NCBI GenBank assembly: GCA_051294375.1
Contig: CM119263.1
Span: 9,036,278 to 9,100,277, forward strand
DNA from: Paraspadella gotoi
Lineage: Eukaryota; Animalia; Chaetognatha
Direction: 5' to 3'
DNA length: 64,000 bases
The position numbers and the translations under genes are program-made. The notes under the pieces were generated by a model. That model saw only the letters and a program-made list of their open reading frames with translations, was not told the origin of the DNA and did no database searches. Within the stretch, counting starts at the first letter, position 1. The number at the start of each line of letters is the position of its first letter. Positions 44,627 through 58,800 of this stretch are shown here, one piece after another.

Positions 44627-46512
44627 AGGACTCGGATCGCAGAGAGTCTGCCATGTGGGAGGTCGTTATGGCGACGATCGTTTCGCCCTCTGTTGGTTTC
44701 CATGACGACAGCGGAAACGAGCGGGCCGAAAACGAAGCACGAGACCGACGACGCGCCGCACAAGACGCGAATCCGTTCAATTCCATCGCTCGCGCACGAT
44801 GGCGAAGAAAAAAGTCTTGATGAAAGCGGATCACTTCAATTGTTAAGATTTTCGCGTCAACTGCTGTTCATCCGTGATTATGTAATGTTACATAGTACAT
44901 ACAGTCGTCTCACTCTACTTTTACATAGTAAATTCGAACAAAGTGCGAAGCACGAAAACACATGGAAAGAAAATGAGAAAAAAACAGAGCAAGGAAATTA
45001 ATATCTTACGGAGAGGCGGTCAAATCATCGGTGACGAAGCACTGCTTGTCGACAGAAGCAAACAAAGATGACTGCCAACGCCAGGCCTATATGATTAGGA
45101 AACTGTTCAAACTCGAGCGACGAGACGACAAATGACGAGCCATGAAAAACAACGCGACGACGACGACGACGCCAAACGTCATAACGAAGACGCCGTTGTT
45201 GTCGGCCCTCTTTCCCACGATGACGTTTATTAGTCCTTCTGGGAGTTTTAAGCTTATTATCGCACCTCGGGTATGTCTCTCTCGATCGCCGTATTGCCCT
45301 TCTGGTTTCTCGCTTTTCACCGACACTTGCTCCTATTTTTACGGCCATCGATGCTTCCTTTTGCGGCATCGCATGCCCTTACAAACACCGGAAAATCCCC
45401 TGAGACGCGAAAAACGTGACGAACCTTGAAGCCACTTCTCCCCCCCCGCCCCCCTCTCCGAGTCACAGATTTTAAGGATTTGACGTTCAAACGCTGATTT
45501 TTTACCAAGTTTGCACAAAGGAGCGTCGGAGCGGTCATGTGACTTTCAGTTCGAACAGGGACATCGCAGACACCGTGACGGAGGCTACAACGAAGATTTT
45601 TTTAAATAAAACAATTTCTTATAATTAGAAGCTTGATTAGTACAGACTGATACATTATACGATGTATATCGCAGNNNNNNNNNNNNNNNNNNNNNNNNNG
45701 TTATTTAGTATTTATTGAGATTTCCCTCACTTTTCTCCCACAAGTCTACAAAAAGAATGATCATTAATTGTCGCGCTTTTTCGTGCTAAATTTAAAGGAA
45801 AGATTTTTGATCAAAATATGAATTCTAAGAATCAAATATCATCTCAATTTTTTTTTCTTCAATTCTGCAGATGTTTTTCTTCCGCTTTTCTCCAGACGAC
45901 TTTTATTTAATTGGAAGGAAATTGAAGATTTCATTCCAAACACATTCTTTTTTTTTTATCTTATTTATCTTTTTCTTTTTTTCTTTAGTCTCTTTTTTTC
46001 TCGGGGAAAAAAATATTTCTGAATTCGAAGATAATTAACGTCCTTTACAGTTGAGCTAGAGTTTTTGTTAATACAAATAAAAGGAAAAGTACTAGGATTT
46101 GTGACTGATTCACAGAGAGTGACAGAATAGAAAAGAAAAAAAAAACCCCAAAGTAATCGAAAGCTTTTGCCCATCCTCTCCGAAAAATCTAATTAAAGAA
46201 GAGAGAATCCAGCTCGAATGGGAAAAAAAGAAAAACAAACACTTTGTCTTCCATTGTTTAGCTCTCTCTCTCTCTCTCTCTCTACTCTCTCTCTCTCTCT
46301 CTCTCTCTTCCTCTCTCTTCTCTCTCTCTCTCTTCTCTCTCTCCTCTCTTTTTTAACGCAATGTGCTGGCGAAGAAGCAAAAAAAAATAATTGCTGTGGG
46401 GATTAGTGAAAGTCATTAAAGTCAATTGCAGGGTTTCACTCTGTGATAGAGCTTTATCATTGAGTGGCGGAAAGAAACAGTGAGAGAGAGAGAGAAGAGA
46501 GAGAGAAGAGAC

Positions 46513-46545
<33 letters not shown>

Positions 46546-47189
46546 AGAGGAGAAGAGAGAGAGATTAACTTCGACCCTCCCTTCCCGCCAACGACTCGTC
46601 TCGCGAAAAATGAAAGAAAGGAAGAAGCGACACGTCCTGGGAAAAGTGACAAAGGGACTTGAAAACATTTTTTTTAAAAGGTGATTTGTTTGAAAGAAGG
46701 TCGGGAACGCCCGAGGGGGGGGGGAGAAGGAATAAACGAAGGGGGGGGGAGAAAAGGAGAAAGGAGAATTCTAAAAAAGGGAAGAAAAAGATAAAAAGGG
46801 GGGGGATAAGGAGTAGCGGGGGAGCCAAGGGGGAGTCCGGGTGGCCCCTGGGACTTGGAGGGATTTCGAGGAAATTTTGGAAAGGAGTCCTCGGATTTAC
46901 GATTCGCGTCTATTTTCTTTTTTTAAAAAATGGGACAAAGTTTAATTGAAGTAGGATTTTTCGTGACGTGGAAGGATCGGGTGAGGGAAAAGGAGGGTAA
47001 GGGGAGAGCTTAGAGTCACAAAGAGAAGAAGATAGAAGAGAGTCAAAAGGTAAGGTTATCATCGTTAAAATTCAAGGATAAGAGTGAAGAATAGAAAATA
47101 AAATGTAGAGGAGGAAAGGTTCGTAAAGTAAGGTTATCGTGCGAAGACAAACAAAAACTGTTGAAGGAGAGCGTAAGTTGAAGAGAGCG

Positions 47190-47700
47190 ATTAAAAAAAG
47201 AAAAAGAAAGAAAGAAAGAAAGAAAGAAAAGAAAGAAAAGAAAGAAAGAAAGAAATAGACGAAAGAAAGAAAGAAAATGAGAAAAGGAAGAAGAAGATAG
47301 ATGAATAAAAAAGAAAAAAAATAAATAATTAAATAATATAAATAAATAAATAAATAAAATAAAAAATAAAAAATAAAAAATAAATAAATAAATAAAGGTA
47401 AATTTGAGAGAAAAAAAAGAAAAAAAAAGAAAAAAAAAGGAAAAATGAAAGAAAAAGAAAAGAAAAAAGGAAGAAAGGAAGAAAGAAAGAGAGAAAGAAA
47501 AAAAGAAAGAAAAAAAGAAAAAAAAGAAAAGAAAGAAAAGGAAAAATGAAACTAAAGGAAAGAAAGAAAGAATGAAAGAAAAAAAAAGAGTAAAGTCTGG
47601 AAAGGAGGGAAAAAAGCAAAGACAAAAAAATAAAAATAAAATAAAGAACGAAATGATGGGAAAGAAAGAAAGAATCCACGCGTAAAGCGAAGCGAGCAAT
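47190..47700. repeat. A-rich low-complexity tract of (GAAA)n and (AAAT)n
   Basis: Seen directly. It produces the spurious F/L/S-rich ORFs on the - strand. Confidence 0.9.
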
Positions 47701-48861
47701 AAATAAAATCAAAAACAAAGATGTCCCGGCGTAAAAACAAAAAAATCGCAGAAAAAAAAATATTTCACGCCCGGTTTTCGACAGCCATAGAGAGAGAGCA
47801 GACGAGAGAGTGAGACGAGAGAGAGAGAAGAGAGATAGAGAAAGGAGAGAGAGAGAGAGAGAGAAGAGAGAGGAGATGGAGAGACGAGTTCTTGGCTCAC
47901 GCCGGCTTATTGAAACAATGCACGGTTGTTAGCTCTTCAGCGGACGGAATTTGAAGAAAGTCGGAACGGCAAAAGAGTAAAAATCCTGGCCCGAGAACAG
48001 ATGAGCCAGAGAGAGAGCTAGCAATGCATGAAGAGCAAGATGAGCACTTTGATGGTCAAACGAGAGAGGATGATGAATGAGAGGTAGAGATGAGAGAAAG
48101 TTAAAAGACAGAAGCTAAACAACACTCAGCTGACATCAGACGAGCCAGAGAAAGAGAGGCAAAGGCGTCCCGTAAACACCTGACAACAGAGACTAAACCG
48201 GTTAGAACGGAAAAAGAGAAAATTCGACAGGCAAAGAAAGGTTGTTGAGACCCGTACGAGACATGGTATTAATGAATACACGTTAATCGGATTGTATTTT
48301 TCCTACAACTTTTTCATTTTCCGAGCCGATTTGTTCGATGTTTATCGCAATGGTACTTTGAATTCTCAGTTGCCATTCTGTTCACAATACAAAATGATAC
48401 GATTTAGTTATCGAGAGTTTGACAAACAATAGAAATAGAGAAAAAAAAAAATTTGTTTGTGTGTCCATTACTTAAAATAATTTTAAGATTGTTATTCCGT
48501 CACCTAACTTCATTTCCAAAAATTTTCAGACGTGAATGAAGCCGCTCAGTTTCCATGACAACTTAGCGATTATTTCTGAACCTTGAGCGGAAGTTCTTTT
48601 GATCTCAAACTTTAAAAATTAAAGGGACAAAATATCAATTGTTTTTCTATTTACGCTGCCAAATTGCTTTCCACAACCACAAGTGCTCGGGTGGCTTTCC
48701 GTTGGCTTTCGTCAATTGTGGGTGAACGCGAGGCGTGACGTGTGCTAAGATGCGCATTAATATGGGCAGGAAAAAAGCCAAAGGAGTTCTGTGTTTACCT
48801 TTCTAAATCATTCGGATCTCGATTTCGTTTCTTTTCGATTCTCCTTCGAATTCTCTCTTCT

Positions 48862-48904
<43 letters not shown>

Positions 48905-50419
48905 CTCTCTCTTTCCTACTCCTCTCTCTCTTTCTTTTCACAAAATAAAAAGAATACACATATCAAAAAACGATAACTAAAACACAAAAAACAAAAAAAT
49001 ACAACAGAAAAAAAATAAAGCACCAGAAGACAAAACATCTGACTAAAAAAAGAAAAAAATATGACATGACATACAAACTACAACAAAAATAAAACAAAAA
49101 AAAAGTCACCATCAATAGGGCGAACAGATACTTTGAAACAGTGATAAAAAAACTAAACCGCTCAATATCGGTATATTTTTCCGCTGCAAAATCATATCTT
49201 ATTTTCTTACTAATACAGCTCGCGATCCAGTAACGAGGTCCAAAGATAAATTTATATTTTTCCCCTTTTAATAAACTCCAAATCTTTCGTTAAGTTGGCA
49301 AACGCCCTTCGCAATCCATACCCACGCCATTATACAGTCTTCTATCGCATGTGTCCTTCATATGCCCTTTTGTTTTAGCGCAACTTTTCTTTCCACCGAC
49401 CGCTCGTGCTCTCGTTTGCATTCCTCTCAGCCTCGGTTCTGATATAACCTCATAACTTCCACACGCCGAGACGATATTCATAAGTCTATACCCGTCTGCT
49501 CTTCTCTCCTACGCATGATATGTATACACTAGATCCTCTACTCCTCGTTTAACCATGCTTATGCGTTCCTCGTCCCCTCCATTTCCAGTCGCAAGGATCA
49601 CTACTTTCGCATGAGGATCTTTGATTGAGCTTCGCTTTATACATGTCACTTATGCTTAAGTGACTAATTCACGCGCAGCGTATCCGAAAGCCGAAGAGCA
49701 ATGACGTAACTGGGTGTTAGAGCTAGCAGTAACGCTGACCATAATCAAACCCTACGGTTTGGACAAAAAAAATACAAATGACATGAAGGTCTATAAAGGA
49801 ATAAACATATAAAATTTAAGGGTGGGAAAAAAGAAGCGGCATATTAGGATTCTTTCTGCTTCGTCGCGCGTGATCTAATATCAAGCGGATGAATATTCGT
49901 TTTGAAAACGAAGAGTTTAAATCGTTGGCTCCCACAAAGCTATAAACTCGCTCGTGTTTCAATTTGCCGTTTACATTTTTAATTAGCTTTATTTACCATT
50001 TGAGTCGTTAATTGAGGGGTTAGGTGTTTCTATCTCTGGTTCTTTATGTTCCAGTGTTACCTGAGCAACTGGTTAATTTTTCCTTATTGTTCTTATACGA
50101 GAAATCGTTATTGTGAAAGAGATATAACTTTTAAAAAAATGTTAATATAAAATAGAATATTTACAAAACATCAAAAGGTAAACAATGAGGTAAACCAATC
50201 CCAGGCTAAACATATAGAGATTAATAGTATAAAAGATAAAACTCATAAACGACTAACGTGCCAGCTCTCGAAGATATATCGTGTAAAGATACACTGAATA
50301 CCAAATAATTTTTACAACCCACGCTGTAAATAACATACGTTAAAATAAAATGAAGTCACACGAGCCTCACTTGTTTTAAAGACTGATAAAAAGTAGCCGC
50401 AGCTTCTCTTAAAAATATA

Positions 50420-52900
50420 AGAAGAAGGACCTTTCTGACTACCTTCCTTTTGTTCTTGCCGCCCCCCCCTTATCAACCCCATCTGTTTGCTGCCACCTTC
50501 AGCATTTCCATGTCGCTGGTTCCAATCACGTCGCATTTTAGTGGTGTCTCCGACCTCGCTATTAATCTTATCTTCCAGTTGTTTTTCCCGCCCGTCTTCA
50601 TTTCTCTCTGCCAACGCTGATATTCTTACGGTTTACCCCTTTTTTTTCTAACCGGCCACATTTCCATGAACTCTTCATACTATACTTCCGCTGTTCATGA
50701 GAACAGTCAATTTTACTTTCCGTAATCACCCTTACACATGGCATATAGCATTAAGAACAAATGTACATTCGTAGTTCACCCCGGAAAACCGCTTATTCGT
50801 CAAAGGCTATGCATATATAAACATTTCTATCATCTCTCAATAAATAAGCATCTTTCTTGCCCCTGACTTGGCGGACAGGCTTCTTTGTCGTTCAGTTTAC
50901 TCAGGAGATCTACCTATCCGACCCTGATATAGAGATAAATGCACATACGAGCAGTCCCTGCAAGCTTTCAATTCAGACTCTCTCAGCCAGTCTTCGTTAT
51001 TTCGTACCAGATACCTGAGCTTCCCTATCAATGAAGTGGTCATTTGTACCTGATGTGCAGTGATTTAATTCGATCACCGCCTTGTTTGTGAGTATATAAT
51101 CTTTATATTAGACACAAAGGTATGATATAATACTTTCAAGGCTAATTAACACTCCTACCGGTAAAGAAGACTCGGTGAAGCGAGGTCGTCGTGAGGAGAA
51201 TGAGGATTGACATAGATTGTTGCTCGCAGGAGCACTCTTAAGAACCCTACTCCTCCGTCCTGAACCACTAGATCGTGCGCTTCGAATGACGAACGCCTTG
51301 GATCGCGTATGAGCACTTTGGCGGAAGGGTCGAAGCGTGTGTGCGTGGAGGTATTTAGCAACAATTAACAACTCTCCCGTCAAACTAGATAGATGCGGCT
51401 GATCAGCCCTTTATCACGACACTTACTACTTAATAGTCACTGTACTATCTGACCATCTATCCGTCCTTATCTGCACGCCTGCTTCGTCAATCCCTCTGAC
51501 ACTGTCACGCCCTGTCTTCATCCTGGATCAGGTTACAGTTCTTCATGTAGCGATTTTTCCTCGTGGAGTGCTCGAAGCATCTCAGCCAGGAGAGTTTTTT
51601 TTGACTCCTCTCGGAATGAGTCGGACAGTGATCGAGGAAGGAGAACGACGACATGCCGTGAGGTATCTGAGAGCTATGCGATGCGCGTTTCAGCTTGTTG
51701 TTGTTTCACAGTTCTTACCATTTTGAAAAATGTGCGTAGGAGTAGACTTACCGCCGTGCCATAGGACACGCCCCGAGAGCTGGGCGGCAAGCGTTTAACA
51801 CGGGACCCTTCTTTCGGACTCTTGTAATTCCTGATTGTTCAGAGTAAAATATAAAACGAGTACTCACTAAAAATAAAAATAACACACCGAAGCTAAAGTC
51901 CTAGTACTAACAGGCTACAAGATTACTCAACTCTAAAGCTTCAACCCCAAATATTATATAGACTCCCTAATTATGTACGACCATTTGGTAGTCCGTTAAT
52001 ATTGCCTGTCTCCCACGACTAGCCTTTTTCCGACAACTTACCTTTGCCTCCGTAACATACTCCAAGGTGATGTTTCCTCGGTCTGGGATCACAACGGGTC
52101 TAACGAGGACGTGCAGGAGGACGTTGAAGGCGACCCTCGATTTTCGCGATGAACCGTCTGAATTCGGGGCAGCGAGTTGCGGGGAAATTAGTGGTAGGGG
52201 AGACCGGTTTCATCGGGTTGGCCATCTCTCGCTTTCAGCGCGATACTTTGTGTCGTCGGCGCGATGTCTAACGCATGTAACCCATATGTGACTTGGTATC
52301 ATGAATGGTGAAAGGTGAGCGAGGGTGAGGTGCAAGAGTTTCGGCAATGACACAGGTTGATGACACTGGATGACAAACACAAACCACCAGGAAAAACGAC
52401 AAAATTAACAAAGAATCAGTAGACTTATTATAATTTGAGAGTGTCTCAATAGACTGTTCCCGGGCACCCAATCGATATGACCGCGATGCTTAGGGATAAA
52501 GAGGTAGAGGTACAAATTATCAGAGAGAATTACTTACTTCATAAAGGGAGAATGAGAGCATGTATATATATAAATATATATGAATTGTACAATCAATATA
52601 AAAATAATCCAGTCATTTAATAATAAGCTCATCTTGCCCCGGACTTTGGACAGGCACTTGGTGTTAGGCCTCCATCACTCTTACAAGATAATAAAGCAGT
52701 CCCTGCAAGCTTTTTCAATATATGAATTTTTTCCCACGTATTCTTTTGTACCCAAGTCGGTTTGACGTCCTATAACTTTCGACGCCTCTGCCCTCTCGAT
52801 TTTTATGGGGCGAGCTGGACCAATTGCTTTCAATCTTGTTATATTTCCATATTCTGTAGAATTCAGCCGATCCAATCGTTTGTTAAGTTCAGGAGAATAA
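50420..52900 (-). CDS. Multi-exon protein-coding gene fragment (noisy copy 1), product unknown, with an internally repeated Cys-containing exon
   Basis: GC-rich blocks shared with copy 2 and bounded by donors, e.g. GAGGCAAAG|GTAAGT at about 52040. A two-copy consensus by eye gives ..HSFDPSAKCSYAIQGVVIERVYVQDGGVGFL.. and ..IEKLAGTAxxIIxxDGxxNTxPCPKSGARCL... The reading frame is broken by apparent sequencing indels. Confidence 0.45.
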
Positions 52901-54554
52901 AGCATCACAAATCTACAACGAAGTGGCTCCCTCTTTTTTTGCGCCGCGTGTACGGTAATGTATATTTTACATTAATGCTGGCGGGCTAGTTCTCGTGCGG
53001 AATTAACCGTGGGACGTCGGAAAAATGCAATCACGCCACCAGATAGTCACTAGAGACCAAACAAACAAAAGAAGTATGCCGGCTGGCACAGCGCGACGGG
53101 GGCACCGTGCGAATGAATGTGGTCACACGCGGGTCGAGTGTAAACGCTAGGGGAAATTGAGAGTAGCGTGTCGGCCGATACCCACAAGCACATAGACGTC
53201 TCGATCCGACGTGAGGCACTCACATTAATGTCATGCCAAAAAAGAAAAGAATGAAACAAGAAACCGGAGATAAGCAAGTATAAAGAGAGAAAGAAAAAAA
53301 AAGAGAAAATATAGCATGATAAAAGCAATGGAAAAACAAAATAAGAAAAGATAAAGAAATACGTGAATAAAAATGTGAGGTATATACTATAAGGTGTGAG
53401 ATAGAAATATTAAAGATATCAGTAAAGATAAAAAATAATAAGATGCGTATAAGTGTGGTAAAGGACTCGGAGAATTAATGCAAATATGATCAAAAACATT
53501 ATAAAGGATGAAGCATGAAAAAGAACTCAAGAATATTATTTATGAGTAGCAGAGATTAAAGAAAGAGAGAATAGAATCCTACGACGTTAAAGTCGATATG
53601 TGCAGAGCAATTAAAACGGCACAAGCGCAAGCCAAAAAGATCGTCTGTGATAAAGAAAAAATCACAAACACGGGCAGAATAGAAAAACTCTAACAAAAAC
53701 GAAGAGAGAGAAGAGAGAGAGAGAGAGAGAGATGGAGAGAGATGCAAAGAGAGAGAGAGAGAGAGACGAGGTGGTAATATGCGAAAGAAAGCGGGGCCGA
53801 CCTAATCATTCGGGGGGTCAAAAGATCTTCTCGCCCTGCCACCCTAGGGGACAGGTNNNNNNNNNNNNNNNNNNNNNNNNNGGGGGAGAGAACGGACGGG
53901 GATTGCGTTGGGAGAGTCCCGCAAGGGCGCGAAGGGGGAGGGAAATGTGAGAAGAGCTTTGAAGAAGAGGAGGAGACCCGAAGACCGTGACAAAGACTCG
54001 TAAACAAGTTTGGTAAGGAAAGTGACAATATCTCTGTCGTCCAGTTTTAGTCTAATTATTGATAGGAGATAGGATTTCTAACGNNNNNNNNNNNNNNNNN
54101 NNNNNNNNTCGTTGTGTTCCCACAGCGATAAACTCGCCTCTGTTTCATTGCCCGTTTCTTTTTTGCTTTTATTCCATGAGTCGTTTTAAGGGTTTTTAGT
54201 GTTTCATGTGTTCTTCAGTTTCAGTGTTACTGTACTCGAGGCAGCTGTTAATTTTTTTTAATTGTCTAATCTGCGCAGAAATCGTTATGGGTGAAAGGAT
54301 ATTACTTTAAAGAAAATATTAATTATTAAATAGAAATATTTAAAAACATCAAAAGGTAATCCAATGGGTAAACAATCCAGCTAAACATATAATATAAAAT
54401 ATATTAAGATAAAGAAAAAAAAGGAAATAAAAAAGAACTGAGATCAATAATTTTTTTTTACAACTCACGGCGAGATAAACTATATAAATATAAGAGCATT
54501 GTAAACCTACTGATAAAAATACTGCGCAGGCTGTCTCTATTAAAATAATAAAAA

Positions 54555-56890
54555 AGGACCTTTACTGACACCTTCCTTTGTTCTTCCCGCCCCCCTTTCA
54601 AGCCATGTTGCTGCCACCCCGTTCAGGTTTCCCATCTGTTTGTTTCATATCAGCGCAGTTTTGTGGCTGTCTCCCGACTCGGATTAATTTTTCCCAAGTT
54701 TTTTCCCGCCAGCTTCTTTTCTCTGCAACCTTCTTAACGATTTTTCCCTTTTATTTTCTTTAATCCGGCCCACATTTCCTGACTTTATATTACTGCTTAT
54801 GGAGAAAGAATTTAACTTTCTACCCATTACTTGAACTGGTCGATAATTTAATTAGAACAATTGTACTTAGAAGTTAACACCCGGAAGACGTTATTCGTCA
54901 AGGCTAATGCAATATAAAAATTATCTATCTCATTCTCATTATAAGCGCTATCGTTTGCCCCTGACTTTGGACACGGCTTTGGTGGTTTAAAGGACTCCAT
55001 CACCGCTGAATAAGATAATGACATAAGCAGGTATCCCCTGCATAGCTTTTCAATCAAGACTCTCTCACAGTCTTGTTTATTGCGCTCCAAGGTACCTGTG
55101 GCTTCCCTATCTAATTGAACGTGGTGTACTGAATGTGAAAGTGAGTTCTAATTCAATCAACCTTGTACTTGTGTTAGTAAATATTCTATGTGATGGTAAA
55201 AACAAAAGGTATGATATAATATTTCAAGGCCAATAACTTTTCCTTACGGGTAAAGAAAGACGGTGAAGGCGACGGTCGTGTCGTGAGGAGAATGAGGGAT
55301 GAAGGCAAAGATTGTGACGAAGGGCTCAAGAATGCCCTACGTCCTCCAGTCTGAACATAGACGCGTTCGATGAACGACGCCTTGTGGATCGCGTAGATGA
55401 GCCACTTGGCGAGGGTGTGCGAAGCTGTGGCGTGGAGGAATGTGGACAATAAACTCTTACTCTGCCCGCGCAAAAAAGATGATGCGGGGGCTGGAACTTT
55501 ATCCCATAACTAAAAAACTATACTATCTGGCCATCTATGACCGCTCATCTTATCTGCAGGCCTGCATTCAATCCCCTTCTTTAGCCTTGCGCCTTGCTGT
55601 CAATCGCTGACGGTAATTGTTTCTTGCATGTAGACGTTTTTTCTCCTCGTGGAGACATCGAATCAGCAGAGTTGTGTGTTTCCTTGACGTCCTGTCTCGG
55701 AATGACCGGAGTGGATCGAGGAGGAGAGACGGAGTCGGAATTCGTGAGGTGTATCTGAGTATCTAGGGAGGGTTTTCAGCATTGTTTGTTGTTGACAAGT
55801 TCTGTACAATTTTTGGGGAGAGAGGGAGAGAAGACTGTAATAACCGCGGTGCCATTGAGACACGCCCCGAGGAGTACGGGTGCAAGGTACACGGGGACCC
55901 CTTTAGTTCGGAGTTTCCTTGAGTATCGATAGCCTGATGTTCAGCGACTGTAAATATAAACACGGAGAATACAAAAAAAAAACACACCCGAAGCTAAAGC
56001 TTACGTAACAGCTATGAAGTTACCTAGGATAAGTCTTAGGAAGCTTAAAAACCCTCAAATAATATGTTGACCCCTAAGTTATGTTCGTACACTTTACGAT
56101 ACATCATTCACCACGAACTGCCCTTTTCCCAGAGGCAGCCACATCACCATTTTTTGCCTCGGCTACATTCTCCCAGGTGATGTTCCGGGTCTGGGAACCG
56201 AACGGGTTAGGACGAGGAACGTCAGCAGGAGATCGTTGAAGTGGACCCTCGATCGCGAAGTGACCGTCCTGAGGGTGCTCGGCGGCGGAGTTGCGGGAAT
56301 AGGTGGAGGGAGACGGTCACGTTTGAGCGGGCCGCTGTGATTCACTGAATGGAAAGGTTGAGCGAGGTTGGTCAAGATTTGCCAATGACAAGGTGAGGAC
56401 GAAAACAAAGAAAGGAAGAACGAACGAGAATAACAAAAATCAAGATTTAAAGTTGAGAGAGAAAAGAGAGAGTAAAAAAGATATTGACAGTTATAGAGGG
56501 AAAAATGAGAGAGAATATATATAGTAAAATATAATATGAAATTGGGTACAACCAATATAAGGAGAAATGTTATCCAATGGTAGTCATGTAATAAAATAAG
56601 CCATCTTGCCTGGACTTTGGACAGGCACTGGGTTGTTTAAGGCCTCCAATCAGCTCTTGACAAGATAATTACACGATAGGCAGTGTCGCCTGCAAGCTTT
56701 CAAATATACATAATTTTCTTGTTTACCCTCGATTTTTTGTACCAATACGATTTTGACGTCCCTATAAATCTTTCGAACGCTCTGCTAGATTTTATTGGGA
56801 CTTGTGGACCATTGCTTCATCTGTGTTTATATTTCTATATCTTAGTAGAATTTTCAAGGCCCGATGCCAATACGGTTTTGTTAATGGAAA
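54555..56890 (-). CDS. Same gene fragment, noisy copy 2
   Basis: Collinear with 50420-52900. Donor-like TTTACCC|GTAAGG at about 55248. ORF-track fragments 54848-55090, 55186-55473 and 56163-56555 overlap the exon-like blocks. Confidence 0.45.
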
Positions 56891-57394
56891 TAAGTGGCTT
56901 CTTTTTTTTGGCCGCCGCAGTGTATATATATATTTATTTAATGGCGGTGGCCGGCGTAATTCTGCAGGTTGCGAATAACCGTGGAACGTCGGAAAAATGT
57001 AATCAACGACGACAACAGAATAGAAGACCAAAAAAAAAAAAAAGTAGAGGCGCACGCGACGGACGGGTGCATCGTGGCGAAAATGAAATGTTGGCACACC
57101 GGCGGGTTCCGTGGTTAAACCGTGGGGGGGGGGGGGGAGGGAAGAAAAAAGAACGAGAGGCGCGGCCGGCCACGACAAGGCGAGCGGAGAGTGACGTGAG
57201 CTGTGACAGTAAATTAAATCCATCTCCGTGAAACGATTGTACTGGAATGTCTTTAGGTTTAGTCTCATTTCCTGGTCTTTTTCTAAGCCGAATAATATAA
57301 GTTTTTGTGTAAATTTATGGCTCATAATTCTGACCCTCCCAGAAAATTTACTTTAAAAGAAAAGAGGCAAGACACGATAAAGTAAAAACTGGCA

Positions 57395-58250
57395 TTTTAC
57401 CCGAGTCACCGGTCACCGCGTAAAGCATAACTCCGTGAGCAAATCACCGTTCTTAACCGCTAGTCTTGACTGGTTGGGCGCCCAAAAAACTTTGAACGCC
57501 TGCCGCGGCGCTAATCGAAATTTTTAGAGGCCGAATCGCGGAAGAGGGAAAAAGTGTTACAGTCTCCTCTTTGGTGTCCAGCAGAGTGGTGATGGCGGTA
57601 TGATGCGAGTGGAAGAAAGGAGAGTATCCAGAAGTTGATAGATAGATTGGACCATTTCATACTTCTCCCTCAATTCCGAAAGAATGCCTCACTCGTTCAT
57701 CCCTTCAGTATCGGTTCTCTGTCTCTGCCTCCATCCATCCCGTCTCTCGGTCCGTCCCGGATATGCCAGTACTAGTCAGTCACATTCACAATCCGAGCGT
57801 CGCATCTGGCTTCAGGAGTACGTCTACCTCTCTAGGCATGAGACGATCTCTCTACGTGGATGCAGGTGGCTTCCCGGGGGTCTCGAAACGGGCGTTTGAG
57901 CGATCTTCGAGTGGGGAAGATTAAATGATTTCCTGAGTGGGTGATGTACTCCCTTTTCTCATCGACGCTAGCGCAGTTGCAGTAGCATCTCCCACATGTG
58001 GGACGCAAAAGAGAGTGTAACACTTTTTCCCCGTCTCCCGCATGTCGATGCTGATTATCGAATAGCAGACGACGGAAGCCGTCATAAAGTCATTGTGGGT
58101 GCATAGGACTGGGTGGGCTAAGAGGCGGTTTAAGAGCCAGTGGTGAGGCGCTGACTAGACACGTGTGGCTAGCCATGGACTAGAATATCTTTCGGGCGAG
58201 TCATGCTAGGCGAGTTTAGTGCGACGGTGACCGGGACTCCGGGTAATGGG
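57395..58250. repeat. Noisy inverted repeat (about 57395-57700 vs about 57890-58250)
   Basis: GGGAAAAAGTGTTACA.TCTC (57546) vs GAGAGTGTAACACTTTTTCCC (58011); CCGGTCACCG (57409) vs CGGTGACCGG (58225). Low identity with many indels. Confidence 0.7.
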
Positions 58251-58527
58251 GGGGTCGGAGTTAAAACAACAAATCAGAGAAGAAGATTTCGGAGGTGGAG
58301 GGATTAAGGGGACGACGAGATCTTCGAGGCGAAACTAGAAAAACATCGATTTGACCCGAAATTCGTTGGGAGGTTGAGTCCGTGAAAAAGACGGTACAGA
58401 GTTCGACGCTGGCGGGGAATCGAATTTTGGGTTCGGTCGTCAGCGATGCCCGGAGGGAGAAAGAAGAGGATTGAATGCAAAGTTGTAAAAACATTCAGAT
58501 AAAAGTTTGTATAGTTTTTTTTTCTTT

Positions 58528-58800
58528 TGATAAGTTGGTTGTGTGGGTATTTTTACCGCGAATATTTTGTCCTCTCTCAATATTTCCTCCATAGCTTTTC
58601 ATTTCCTTTCTGACTTGCGTTTTTGTTTTTTGTCTTTTGTCTTTTGTCTTTTGTCTTTTCTTTGATAACGTTGGTTGTCGATGGGTAATTCTTACCGCGA
58701 ATATTATTTTGTCCTCTCTCAATATTTTCCTCCATAGCTTTTCATTTGCCTTTCTGACTTGCGCTTTTGTTTTTTGTTCTTTTGTCTTTTGTCCTTTTGT
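58528..58800. repeat. About 135-bp tandem duplication running into (TTTTGTC)n and (TTTC)n
   Basis: TACCGCGAATATT..TTGTCCTCTCTCAATATTT.CCTCCATAGCTTTTCATTT.CCTTTCTGACTTGCG occurs twice. Confidence 0.85.

Larger units (their letters stand above)
49921..57120. repeat. About 3.1-kb direct duplication (about 49921-53140 vs 54109-57120), both copies indel-rich, separated by two 25-N gaps
   Basis: Collinear anchors: ATAAACTCGC; AAAACATCAAAAGGTAA; TTATTCGTCAAAGGCTA; ACAAAGGTATGATATAAT; AACACACCGAAGCTAAAG; GGACTTTGGACAGGCACT; AACCGTGG.ACGTCGGAAAAATG. Confidence 0.9.

Noticed and set aside
47043-47740. Phe-rich 'membrane protein' ORFs
   Set aside because: Antisense translation of an A-rich low-complexity tract.
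49921-57120. Real tandem gene duplication or pseudogene pair
   Set aside because: Differences are dense small indels in exon-like and intron-like blocks alike, typical of raw long-read error rather than evolutionary divergence.
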